The notes beneath the pieces are model-generated. The model worked only from the letters and a program-made list of their open reading frames with translations. It ran no database searches and was not told the origin of the DNA. From contig MFTQ01000021.1 of assembly GCA_001785355.1 (NCBI GenBank), positions 4,033 through 68,032 on the forward strand: a stretch of DNA of 64,000 bases. Reading direction: 5' to 3'. This DNA comes from Candidatus Nomurabacteria bacterium RIFCSPHIGHO2_01_FULL_41_71. GTDB taxonomy: Bacteria; Patescibacteriota; Minisyncoccia; Phycocordibacterales; UBA9973. Below, piece after piece: positions 8,306 to 17,007 of the stretch. Every line of letters starts with the position of its first letter. Position 1 is the stretch's first letter. A program made the translations under genes and the position numbers.

Positions 8306-10165
8306 ATGACAGACTTAAAATACATTCGAAATTTTAGTATCATTGCGCATATAGACCACGGCAAGTCTACCTTAGCAGATCGGATGTTGGAAATCACCCA
8401 TACTATTGAAGCGCGAAAAATGCGCGATCAAATACTTGACTCTATGGAACTTGAGCGCGAGCGGGGAATCACCATCAAGATGCAACCTGTTCGCATGGAA
8501 TATACAAACTTAGTACTCGGAGTACTAAGACTTAGTACTCCGAGTACTAAGACTAAATATATCTTAAATCTGATAGATACCCCGGGGCATATTGATTTTT
8601 CTTACGAGGTTTCCAGAGCGCTCAAGGCCGTGGAAGGTTCTATTTTATTGGTGGATTGCACCCAAGGAGTGCAGGCTCAGACTCTTACTACCCTTACCAT
8701 GGCCAGGGAAGGCGGACTTCGTATTATTCCGGTACTTTCTAAGATTGATTCTCCGCTTGCTCGAATAGAGGAAGTGAAAGAAGAAGTTAAACAGCTTTTA
8801 GGTTGTGGTGATGAGGAAGTGCTTTTGGTTTCTGGTAAGACCGGAGAAGGAGTGGAAAATCTGCTTCGTGAAGTAATAAAGCGTGTGCCGACACCTCGAG
8901 AAGATTATTCAGGAGACAATGTTTTACGCGCTCTTGTTTTCGATTTTAAGTATTCTAATCACAAAGGGGTAATAGTATTTGTGCGTATTCTGGATGGGGA
9001 AGTGAAGAAAGGAGATAACCTTCTCTTTTTGGTATCGGGAGAAAAATTTTCTTCTCTTGAAGTCGGAGTATTTACTCCGGAAGAAGTTTCTGCTGAATCA
9101 CTTTCATCCGGAGAAGTGGGATATATAGTAACTGGTATCAAGAGGCCGGGTATTGCTTCTGTCGGAGATACGATTACCATGTCCAAGAATCCTCTGCCCA
9201 CTCTTCCGGGATACATGAAGGCTATGCCGGTAGTATGGGCTTCCGTTTTTCCTGAAGATGCGGATGATTTCATAGAGTTAAAATTATCCTTAGGTAAGCT
9301 GAAGCTGTCTGATTCCGCTTTTTCTTATGAAGAAGAATCAAGCGGTTCACTCGGCCGGGGTTTCCGATGTGGATTTCTCGGGATGCTTCATTTAGAGATA
9401 ATTACCGAGAGGCTAAAACGTGAATTTGGACTAGAGCTTGTTATTACTACCCCCTCCATCACTTATGAAGTGGTAAAAAAGTCCTTTATAGGACAAGCAG
9501 GCAAAAGGGAGAAAATTTATTCCCCATACTTTTTCCCGGATGATGGCAGTGTTGAATCCGTATATGAACCATGGGTAAAAGCGCAAATAATCAGCCCCGC
9601 CGGATATTTGGGCGGTATTATGCAGCTTTTGTTCGAGCATGAAGCGGAAGTGGGCGAGACGCATAATTTTGGAGATAACAGATCGTCTATCTTGGTGGAA
9701 ATGCCGCTTCGGGAATTAATGCGCAATTTTTTCGACGAATTAAAAAGTATTTCCTCCGGTTATGCATCTATTTCTTATAAGCTTGGAGAGATGCGGAAGG
9801 CGGATGTGACCAGACTGGATATTCTGGTGGCTGACGAAGTGGTACCGGCATTTTCCAGGGTTGTGTCGAAAAAAAGAGTGGAAGAGGAAGCGGAGAAGGC
9901 AGTGGAGAAATTATATGGCCTTCTTCCTCGACAGATGTTTACTCTGAAGATTCAGGGAAGGGCTCTGGGGCGAATTATTTCTTCCCGCACTATTTCCGGT
10001 ATGAAGAAGGATGTAACCGCGCACATGTATGGAGGCGATATCACTCGTAAGATGAAACTTAGAGAAAAGCAAAAAAAAGGCAAAAAGAAAATGAAAGAAC
10101 GTGGGCGAGTAAATATTCCCCAAGATGTGTTTCTTAAAATGATGCGGTCGGGCAGAATTAACTAA
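8306..10165 (+). CDS. lepA: Elongation factor 4
   Basis: IRNFSIIAHIDHGKSTLADR, DTPGH, GFRCGFLGMLH, YGGDITRK. Confidence 0.97.
   Translation: MTDLKYIRNFSIIAHIDHGKSTLADRMLEITHTIEARKMRDQILDSMELERERGITIKMQPVRMEYTNLVLGVLRLSTPSTKTKYILNLIDTPGHIDFSYEVSRALKAVEGSILLVDCTQGVQAQTLTTLTMAREGGLRIIPVLSKIDSPLARIEEVKEEVKQLLGCGDEEVLLVSGKTGEGVENLLREVIKRVPTPREDYSGDNVLRALVFDFKYSNHKGVIVFVRILDGEVKKGDNLLFLVSGEKFSSLEVGVFTPEEVSAESLSSGEVGYIVTGIKRPGIASVGDTITMSKNPLPTLPGYMKAMPVVWASVFPEDADDFIELKLSLGKLKLSDSAFSYEEESSGSLGRGFRCGFLGMLHLEIITERLKREFGLELVITTPSITYEVVKKSFIGQAGKREKIYSPYFFPDDGSVESVYEPWVKAQIISPAGYLGGIMQLLFEHEAEVGETHNFGDNRSSILVEMPLRELMRNFFDELKSISSGYASISYKLGEMRKADVTRLDILVADEVVPAFSRVVSKKRVEEEAEKAVEKLYGLLPRQMFTLKIQGRALGRIISSRTISGMKKDVTAHMYGGDITRKMKLREKQKKGKKKMKERGRVNIPQDVFLKMMRSGRIN
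8509..8551. repeat. Tandem pair of 21-bp palindromes inside lepA
   Basis: CTTAGTACTCGGAGTACTAAG-A-CTTAGTACTCCGAGTACTAAG. Confidence 0.9.
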
Positions 10166-10313
10166 TCAAAGTATGGACGACTATTGTGGAGAGAAGATGG
10201 GGGAATATAAAAGTATCATGCTTATTATTACCAGAATGGATATGGTTGCGAAAATCCACTGAATTTTCTTTTGATGTTTTTTATTAAAAAGCATACAATG
10301 ATAATATCATATC

Positions 10314-10691
10314 ATGAGAAATTTTCAAGAGAAAAAAAAATTGAAGAAAATACTGGGATCTCCCGCTGTTCTTATTGTGTTTTTTGTCTTTCTTGTGTTT
10401 TTTGTCTGGGTGGTAATTCGCTTTTTGGGGAAACTTTTTGAAACTTCAAAAAATAGAGAAATTGCTGAAAGCCGGGTGGTTGAGTTGAGAGAAGCTAGGG
10501 AATATTTCTTCTCGCAAATTGAAAATCTAAAAACCGAAAAAGGCATTGAGGAGAATCTTCGAGAAAAATTTCCGGTGGTGAAAGACGGCGAGGGGTTGAT
10601 CGTGGTAGTGGATGAAAAAAATTCGGAAAAAACAAAAGATGAAAAAAGTCAAAACGGGTTTCTCTTTTTTATAAAAAATTGGTTCAAATAG
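10314..10691 (+). CDS. Septum formation initiator (FtsB/DivIC-like)
   Basis: Single transmembrane segment, coiled coil, motif GIEENLREKF..VKDGE. Confidence 0.7.
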   Translation: MRNFQEKKKLKKILGSPAVLIVFFVFLVFFVWVVIRFLGKLFETSKNREIAESRVVELREAREYFFSQIENLKTEKGIEENLREKFPVVKDGEGLIVVVDEKNSEKTKDEKSQNGFLFFIKNWFK

Positions 10692-10701
10692 GATTTTTTT
10701 G

Positions 10702-12318
10702 TTACACTATGCAAAAGCGGGATTGGTTTAGTGGTAGAATGCGACCTTCCCAAGGTTGAGACAGGAGTTCGATTCTCCTATCCCGCACCATAAACGAACT
10801 AGACGGTTTTTTAGAAGCTGAAATGCGGGACGCGCGAAGCGCGTCCCAAGGATTCCCGCCGAATTTCCCAAACGAATTCAGAATTTTTGGCGCGCTGGCG
10901 CGCACTAATTTTTCGCCAAGAAGCAGGTTCGAGCCAAAGATTTCTTTGGCACAGACCTTTTTCGCAAAAAGGTCTGTATCCTGTGCGATTCCATTCAGGT
11001 TTTGTGCGACTTTTAGCCAATCGAGTAGCGGTTCGAGCCAATCATTGTGCTTGTGTGAAAGAGAGGTCATTTCTTCTTCGAGCGACTTCTTTTGCAAAAT
11101 CAATTTTGCTTTTTCTACACGATAGGTTTCCTTTTCAATATCTTGGTCAAGGTAAGTATTCAGAAGTCGCTCTAACTTTTGTGAAATGACAGATATTTTG
11201 GTTTCTTTCTCTTTCACACTAGCACCCACGGATTGGGCGGAGTTTTTGAAATCAGCTCGTGCCATTTTTTCCAGTTCCTCCGCCCAATCTCGTGGCAAAG
11301 AAACTTTTTGAATTAGGGATGATAACTGGCGATTAAGTTCTTCTTCCCGAATACAAGGTTGAGAACATTTTACATTTTTGTTTTTCTTTGTGCAGTGATA
11401 ATAAGTGTAATTATGCACATTTCCGTTCTTCTGCTTCTTAACCTTGTATTCGCCAGTTATCATCATTCCACATTCGGTGCAAGATAATAACCCGCAAAAT
11501 GGTTGAGGTTCATTTTTAGATTTTCGTTCGGGTTGTCCGCGGAGTTTCATCACTTTTTGCACCGAATCAAAAAGTTTCTTTGAAATGATTGGCTCGTGCT
11601 TGCCTTCGTGCAATTCTCCCGCATAGTTGAAAAGTCCAGTATAAAAAGGGTTTGAAAGAATAAAAGTCGCACGAGTTTTGTGGATTCTCTTTCCACCTCT
11701 CGAAACGATTCCGTTTTTCGCCAAAAAGTTTGAAATATCTTCCAGTCGTTGATTTCCTTTCGCGTATCTCTCAAAAGCCAAGCGGATAATTTTCGCTTTC
11801 TTCTTTTCCACTACAATCGTTTTTGTTCTACTGTCGTTGATATATCCCAAAGGAGCTTGGCTTGGAAATATTCCCATTCTCACTTTTTGGCGAAGACCTC
11901 GTTTCGTATTTTCTGAAAGAGAATCCACATAGTATTTGCTTTGGACAAATGCCATAGAGAGTGAAAATTTCCCTTGCGGAGTATTCTCAAACCAGTGCGA
12001 AGGGAATTTCATGCTCGCAAGTTTTCCGATGTCGAGTAAGTAGATAATTTGTCCGCCATCCACCGAATTACGGGCTAGACGATCGGGATGCCAACTGACG
12101 ATACCATTTGCCTCACCTCGTTCAATGCGCTTCAGCATTTGCCCGAAAATAGGTCTGCCGGGAATTTTCGCAGATTGTTTTTCGATAAATTCCTCAATGA
12201 CCTCTAAGTTTTGCTCTCGGGCAAATGCCCGCAATTCGGTGAGTTGAGCGTCAATACTCAAAACTTGTTTGTCTTCGACATCGGTGCTCTTGCGAGCATA
12301 CAAAAAGAATTTTTGCAT
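10702..12318 (-). CDS. Large serine recombinase; the reading frame runs antisense through tRNA-Gly
   Basis: YARKST catalytic motif, DRLARN, recombinase domain, Zn ribbon (CTECG..YYHC..C), coiled coil. Confidence 0.95.
   Translation of the reverse strand: MQKFFLYARKSTDVEDKQVLSIDAQLTELRAFAREQNLEVIEEFIEKQSAKIPGRPIFGQMLKRIERGEANGIVSWHPDRLARNSVDGGQIIYLLDIGKLASMKFPSHWFENTPQGKFSLSMAFVQSKYYVDSLSENTKRGLRQKVRMGIFPSQAPLGYINDSRTKTIVVEKKKAKIIRLAFERYAKGNQRLEDISNFLAKNGIVSRGGKRIHKTRATFILSNPFYTGLFNYAGELHEGKHEPIISKKLFDSVQKVMKLRGQPERKSKNEPQPFCGLLSCTECGMMITGEYKVKKQKNGNVHNYTYYHCTKKNKNVKCSQPCIREEELNRQLSSLIQKVSLPRDWAEELEKMARADFKNSAQSVGASVKEKETKISVISQKLERLLNTYLDQDIEKETYRVEKAKLILQKKSLEEEMTSLSHKHNDWLEPLLDWLKVAQNLNGIAQDTDLFAKKVCAKEIFGSNLLLGEKLVRASAPKILNSFGKFGGNPWDALRASRISASKKPSSSFMVRDRRIELLSQPWEGRILPLNQSRFCIV
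10717..10790 (+). tRNA. tRNA-Gly(CCC)
   Basis: Acceptor GCGGGAT/ATCCCGC, anticodon loop TTCCCAA, T-arm GTTCGATTC, CCA end. Confidence 0.95.
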
Positions 12319-12332
12319 ATATTTTTCTTAAA

Positions 12333-12397
12333 GCGAAAATGGCTATTTTAGGTTGAAATCCTAACGTTAGTTAGAAAACTAAAATAGCCATTTCCGC
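12333..12397. promoter_or_regulatory. 19-bp inverted repeat just upstream of the recombinase start
   Basis: GCGAAAATGGCTATTTTAG ... CTAAAATAGCCATTTCCGC (1 mismatch). Confidence 0.55.
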
Positions 12398-12490
12398 CAA
12401 CTAACTGATAATGGATTTCAACACAGTTAGTATAGCAAAAATTCTTTTTGTATCCAAAGCAAATACTTTGAATTTGTATCGCACGGGATT

Positions 12491-12679
12491 TCGAACCTGC
12501 TTCTTGGCGAAAAAACAGTGCGCATCGCCGAAGGCGGTGCTCCAAATTCGTTTGGGAAATTCGGCGGGAATCCTTGGGACGCGCTTCGCGCGTCCCGCAT
12601 TTCAGCTTCTAAAAAACCGTCTAGTTCGTTTATGGTGCGTTTATTCTACCAAATCAGAACCTATTTTCAAAATCTGTAA
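12491..12679 (+). pseudogene. C-terminal fragment of a related serine recombinase reading through an intact attP-like junction
   Basis: Translates as SNLLLGEKTVRIAEGGAPNSFGKFGGNPWDALRASRISASKKPSSSFMVRLFYQIRTYFQNL*; 12545-12639 is the reverse complement of 10784-10878. Confidence 0.85.
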
Positions 12680-12958
12680 TCAATGGAGTTCCCCGCGCGC
12701 TACGCGCCTCTGTGCAAAGCACAGAGCTTTCCAAAGTGGAAAGTGCGGGGAACGCAACATCTCCGAACGGCTCAAATGCCAGTAAGTGAGCCGTTCAGTA
12801 AAATGGACGAAGTTTTGCAAAAACTATTTTCTGGGGAAAGGATTTTGCAAAACTTCGGCTAGTGTTTTTGAAATTCGGCGGGCATGCAAATTCCCCGCGC
12901 GGAGGAGGGGTCTGGGGAGGAATCCGCGCGGGCTTTGGATTTTGTTGGGCGGATGGGC
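12635..12958. repeat. 324-bp inverted repeat, left copy
   Basis: Reverse complement of 14801-15124; both copies yield the same ORF-track translation MSRSVKWTKFCKN... Confidence 0.95.
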
Positions 12959-13010
12959 CACCTTTACTTTTTTAATCAAAAAATCTAGTATATTTTATGG
13001 AGGTGTTGAA

Positions 13011-13397
13011 TTGAAGACTTTCCTGAAGAAAGTCCTGCGATTCAGCATCGCAGGAGGTACCGGAGTTCTCAGCGGCTACGTGGCCCTGTATTCCCTCACC
13101 GAGTTTGTTGGGTGGTGGTATATATGGTCAGCTTTTGTGGCCTTCGTTCTTAACACTGGAGTGACTTTTTACCTCCAGAGGTTCTGGACGTTCAAAAACG
13201 AGAGCCTCAAACCTTTCAGCCCGAAGCAGTTTATCATGTACTCGATGATGACAGCTAGCTTCGTTGGCTCGAATATCATACTGCTTTACCTCTTAGTGGA
13301 GTACGTACATCTCCACTACATGGTAGCGCAGGTGTGTCTGACGGCTCTTTTTTCGGTGTTTAGCTTCGTGCTGACACCTAAGATCTTCACTCGCTAG
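13011..13397 (+). CDS. GtrA-family small membrane protein
   Basis: LRFSIAGG...FYLQRFWTF pattern, four transmembrane segments; TTG start after GGAGGTG. Confidence 0.85.
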   Translation: MKTFLKKVLRFSIAGGTGVLSGYVALYSLTEFVGWWYIWSAFVAFVLNTGVTFYLQRFWTFKNESLKPFSPKQFIMYSMMTASFVGSNIILLYLLVEYVHLHYMVAQVCLTALFSVFSFVLTPKIFTR

Positions 13398-13398
13398 A

Positions 13399-13427
13399 AT
13401 CGGCGTGCTCCGCAAGGACACGCCGAT
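13399..13427 (+). terminator. Hairpin after the GtrA-like gene (possible terminator)
   Basis: ATCGGCGTG-CTCCGCAAGGA-CACGCCGAT; no U tract. Confidence 0.35.
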
Positions 13428-13477
13428 CGCTACTTCTAATAGAAAAAATACTCCAAAAATGATAAAATGAACTAGCT

Positions 13478-14131
13478 ATGGACTCAGAAACTCAAAGACA
13501 ACAAATTGGTAATTCCCTGAAAATAACCACAGAAATTTTTGGAAGTTGTAATGCGGATTACCGAATTCTTGGTTCTGTTTTGTTGGTTGCATATACCAAT
13601 AGAGTTTTTAGACGCATAAATGATGTTGATATTCTCCTAGATATAAAAACTAAAGATTGTGTATTCGAAAAACTAAAAAACAATGGTTTCCAATTTGAGC
13701 CAAAAAAAGTGGCTGGATTTTCTTGGATTGAAGCAAAAAAAGATCAACACTTAGGACTAACCTTTTTTCTTGTTGGTGAATTCAGAAAAGAGTATTTTAC
13801 TTGGCGTTTTATGAAATTTTTTGAACTAAGAATACGAGCTGAATATTTACATCCAACTGAATATAATTTTGAAAATGTAAAATTTATTGGCATTCCCATT
13901 TCGTCTGCTATTGCTGGGATTAGACAATCATTTCTTAATCCGAAAAGAAAAATGGATAAGCAAATTTTAGAAAATGAAGTCAATAAATCTAAAGTAAAAA
14001 TTTACAATAATATTTCTGTTTATATTTTTGGTGTAAAGCTTCCATATTTGTATGATTCATTTTCTTTTCTTTACAATATTTATGGCGGGATACGAGTTAT
14101 GTTTGGTAAAAAGTATGAGGCTTGGGATTAA
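13478..14131 (+). CDS. Nucleotidyltransferase-like protein
   Basis: ILGS...NDVDI resembles the Pol-beta GS/DxD motif. Confidence 0.55.
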   Translation: MDSETQRQQIGNSLKITTEIFGSCNADYRILGSVLLVAYTNRVFRRINDVDILLDIKTKDCVFEKLKNNGFQFEPKKVAGFSWIEAKKDQHLGLTFFLVGEFRKEYFTWRFMKFFELRIRAEYLHPTEYNFENVKFIGIPISSAIAGIRQSFLNPKRKMDKQILENEVNKSKVKIYNNISVYIFGVKLPYLYDSFSFLYNIYGGIRVMFGKKYEAWD

Positions 14132-14138
14132 ATAATTT

Positions 14139-14747
14139 ATGATTACATGGATAATAATTTGGTTATTTTTTTGGACTAGCGCATTAGGTTTTACTAACTA
14201 TCTTTTTAAAAAACATGGGATTACTTATTACGAAAAATCTTGGCAACACACTATTTTTTTTATAATCCTCACACTAATCCTTTTTGTTGTTTATCAAAAT
14301 CAGTTTTTCGTATATTTTAATAATTTTTCCCTATATCATTTATTGATTATCCTGCTCTTATTTATACTGTGGCTTTCTGTCCCAACTCTTTATAAAAATG
14401 ATTATTATGCCAAAAAAGAAAGGTTTGGTTATCAGTTGCCAAAATTTTTTGAAATATTTTTCCAAGACATTTGCTTTTTAGGTGGCTTACTGACCTTTGG
14501 GATTTCTCCGACAATGTTTGGTTTGGTGTTTTTCGTCGTTCATATTCCAGCAGTATTTCTCCTTCCTAAAAAATTTGCCCTCCTGCCTATATTTGGTTCA
14601 CTTTTTGGAGGGCTAATTTTGGCCCATTTACAATCTCAAGGGATAATAGGATTTTTAGTCACATTATTTATACATTTATCATTTTGGGCTACTCTACACT
14701 ATGCTCTACAGAAAAATATTTTAGGCATTACTCCATTAAAAAGATAA
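14139..14747 (+). CDS. Membrane protein, possibly CPBP/CAAX protease-like
   Basis: Multiple transmembrane segments; FEIFFQ, FFVVH and FIH resemble degenerate CPBP motifs. Confidence 0.45.
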   Translation: MITWIIIWLFFWTSALGFTNYLFKKHGITYYEKSWQHTIFFIILTLILFVVYQNQFFVYFNNFSLYHLLIILLLFILWLSVPTLYKNDYYAKKERFGYQLPKFFEIFFQDICFLGGLLTFGISPTMFGLVFFVVHIPAVFLLPKKFALLPIFGSLFGGLILAHLQSQGIIGFLVTLFIHLSFWATLHYALQKNILGITPLKR

Positions 14748-14800
14748 TATTTGTATCTCGGCTTTGCCGAGATTTCAATATTTGAATTTGATTTCTTAAT

Positions 14801-15124
14801 GCCCATCCGCCCAACAAAATCCAAAGCCCGCGCGGATTCCTCCCCAGACCCCTCCTCCGCGCGGGGAATTTGCATGCCCGCCGAATTTCAAAAACACTAG
14901 CCGAAGTTTTGCAAAATCCTTTCCCCAGAAAATAGTTTTTGCAAAACTTCGTCCATTTTACTGAACGGCTCACTTACTGGCATTTGAGCCGTTCGGAGAT
15001 GTTGCGTTCCCCGCACTTTCCACTTTGGAAAGCTCTGTGCTTTGCACAGAGGCGCGTAGCGCGCGGGGAACTCCATTGATTACAGATTTTGAAAATAGGT
15101 TCTGATTTGGTAGAATAAACGCAC
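14801..15124. repeat. 324-bp inverted repeat, right copy, ending at the att core
   Basis: Reverse complement of 12635-12958. Confidence 0.95.
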
Positions 15125-15170
15125 TTTTTTTTGAATAAAGTGTGTCACACTTTCATGTTTATATTTAGTT

Positions 15171-15199
15171 TTGACTTTCAAAAAGCGTGGGAGTATAAT
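15171..15199 (+). promoter_or_regulatory. Sigma70-type promoter giving a near-leaderless glutaredoxin transcript
   Basis: TTGACT-17 bp-TATAAT, with ATG 7 nt downstream. Confidence 0.7.
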
Positions 15200-15206
15200 A
15201 TGGAGT

Positions 15207-15440
15207 ATGCAACATGTAGAAATTTATTCGACCCCTTCTTGTCATTTTTGCCATATGGCCAAGGAATTTTTTAAAGAAAAAAACGTGCCATTTACGGATT
15301 ATGATGTGGCTTCCGATGTTTCAAAAAGGCAGGAAATGATGGAGAAGAGCGGACAGATGGGTGTTCCGGTTATCGTTATAGGAAATGAACTTGTGGTGGG
15401 CTTCAATAAGGCGCTTATCTCCAAACTGCTTGGGATTTAG
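15207..15440 (+). CDS. Glutaredoxin-like (NrdH/YruB) protein
   Basis: IYSTPSCHFC (CxxC) and SGQMGVPVI. Confidence 0.9.
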   Translation: MQHVEIYSTPSCHFCHMAKEFFKEKNVPFTDYDVASDVSKRQEMMEKSGQMGVPVIVIGNELVVGFNKALISKLLGI

Positions 15441-15445
15441 GCTAT

Positions 15446-15520
15446 GTCCTCGTAGTTAAACGGATATAACGACTCCGTCCTAAGGAGTAATTGTAGGTTC
15501 AATTCCTGCCGAGGACACCA
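15446..15520 (+). tRNA. tRNA-Arg(CCT)
   Basis: Acceptor GTCCTCG/CGAGGAC, anticodon stem ACTCC/GGAGT with loop GTCCTAA, CCA end. Confidence 0.93.
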
Positions 15521-15807
15521 CAACCAAACTTTTGCTTTTGTCAGAAGAATTTTCGCGCGCTTCACGAAGCGAAGCGTAAGGTGGGATAGAGTTAAATTCA
15601 ATCCGGCGATTTTTCAAAAACAGGTTCGAGCCAAATAATATTGCCTTTTTCTAATTCGGTCATTTTCTCCTCCAACGACTTCTTGCGGGAGAGAAGCCCA
15701 GCCTTCTCTGCAAGGTACTCATCTTGCTCTATATCCTCGTCAATAGACCGGACTTGTTTGTCTTCAATATCGGTTGATTTGCGAGCGTATAAGAGGTATT
15801 TAAGCAT
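15521..15807 (-). pseudogene. Internally deleted serine recombinase remnant at the tRNA-Arg 3' end
   Basis: N-terminus YARKSTDIEDKQVRSI fused to DIEQ...WLEP, then GSNLFLKNR...YASLREAR in another frame running into the tRNA. Confidence 0.85.
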
Positions 15808-15884
15808 CGGTGTATTATACCACCTTGCTTTAGATGTGTTAATCTAATATAATCTCATATATCTAATATAATAGATTATAAGAC

Positions 15885-16934
15885 ATGAATTACAATAAAC
15901 GAATTAAGAATATACCACAAAATCTATGGGTATTCATCAATCAAATTGATGAATTAAAAGGCCGATGGATTGGTGGAGCCGAAATAAATCCACAAGCACT
16001 TGGCCGATTAAAACGTTCCGTTTTGGTTACGTCGACTGGCGCCTCCACTCGTATTGAAGGAGCCAAACTTTCCGACGAAGATATTGAAAAAATGATGCGT
16101 GGACTTTCTATGCAAAAATTTGCCGACCGCGACAAGCAAGAAGTGCAAGGATATTATGAACTTCTTGAAAATGTATTTAACTCTTACAACAAGATACCAT
16201 TTTCAGAAAGTAGCATTCAACATCTTCATAAGGAAATTTTAAAATATGTTGAGAAAGATAAATTTCATCGCGGAGAATACAAAAAAACTGAAAACAGAGT
16301 TGAAATGGTAAATGAAGTGGGTCAATCTATAGGTATTTTATTTGATACCACACCTGCCTGGCTCACACCGAAAGAAATGCAAGAATTATTCGAATGGACT
16401 AAAAAATCTCTCTCTTTAAAAGAAATTCATCCATTAATAATTATTGGAAATTTTATTGTGGAATTTCTTAATATCCACCCATTTCAAGATGGCAATGGTA
16501 GACTTTCACGCGTTCTTACAAATTTATTAATGCTCCAAGCTGGTTACGCATACATGCCGTATGTCTCGCATGAGAAATTGATTGAAGATAATAAGGCGGA
16601 ATATTATGTAGCTCTTAGAAAAAGTCAGAAAACTTTAAAAACCGATAATCCGAATGTTGTGCCTTGGCTTGAATTCTTTTTCAATGTTCTGCTTACACAA
16701 GCAAAACAAGCAATTGAGTTGCTGTCAAAAGAAAATATTGATAAACTTCTTTCCCCCAAACAACTTTTAGTGTGGCTCCATCTTAGTAATGTTGGGGAAG
16801 CCACGCCTAGAGACATATCTTTAAAAACAAAAGTTGCTCGCCCAACCGTGTCTCAAGCACTCGATACTCTTTTGCGTCTCAAGAAAGTTGAACGTATTGG
16901 ACAAGGACGAACGACGAGGTATAGGAAAATATAA
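15885..16934 (+). CDS. Fic-family protein with C-terminal HTH
   Basis: HPFQDGNGRLSR catalytic motif; N-terminal STRIEG inhibitory motif. Confidence 0.92.
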   Translation: MNYNKRIKNIPQNLWVFINQIDELKGRWIGGAEINPQALGRLKRSVLVTSTGASTRIEGAKLSDEDIEKMMRGLSMQKFADRDKQEVQGYYELLENVFNSYNKIPFSESSIQHLHKEILKYVEKDKFHRGEYKKTENRVEMVNEVGQSIGILFDTTPAWLTPKEMQELFEWTKKSLSLKEIHPLIIIGNFIVEFLNIHPFQDGNGRLSRVLTNLLMLQAGYAYMPYVSHEKLIEDNKAEYYVALRKSQKTLKTDNPNVVPWLEFFFNVLLTQAKQAIELLSKENIDKLLSPKQLLVWLHLSNVGEATPRDISLKTKVARPTVSQALDTLLRLKKVERIGQGRTTRYRKI

Positions 16935-17007
16935 AATATGTATAACCACTCAGGAAAAACTGGCTCTAAGTGCTGGATTTGTATGAAATTTATGCTAATA
17001 TACCCAA

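Larger units (their letters stand above)
10784..15124. mobile_element. Integrative element at the tRNA-Gly 3' end; att core CGCAC at both ends, internal inverted attP-like copy at 12491-12958
   Basis: CGCAC at 10784-10788 and 15120-15124; the two ends, when joined, match the reverse complement of 12545-12958. Confidence 0.82.

Noticed and set aside
12786-13010. N-terminal extension of the GtrA ORF and its mirror ORF at 14728-14973
   Set aside because: Both are translations of the non-coding inverted repeat; a TTG start with a Shine-Dalgarno site at 13011 fits GtrA length
10784-15124. Diversity-generating retroelement or retron explanation for the repeats
   Set aside because: No reverse transcriptase; the repeats are inverted and lack adenine-specific mismatches
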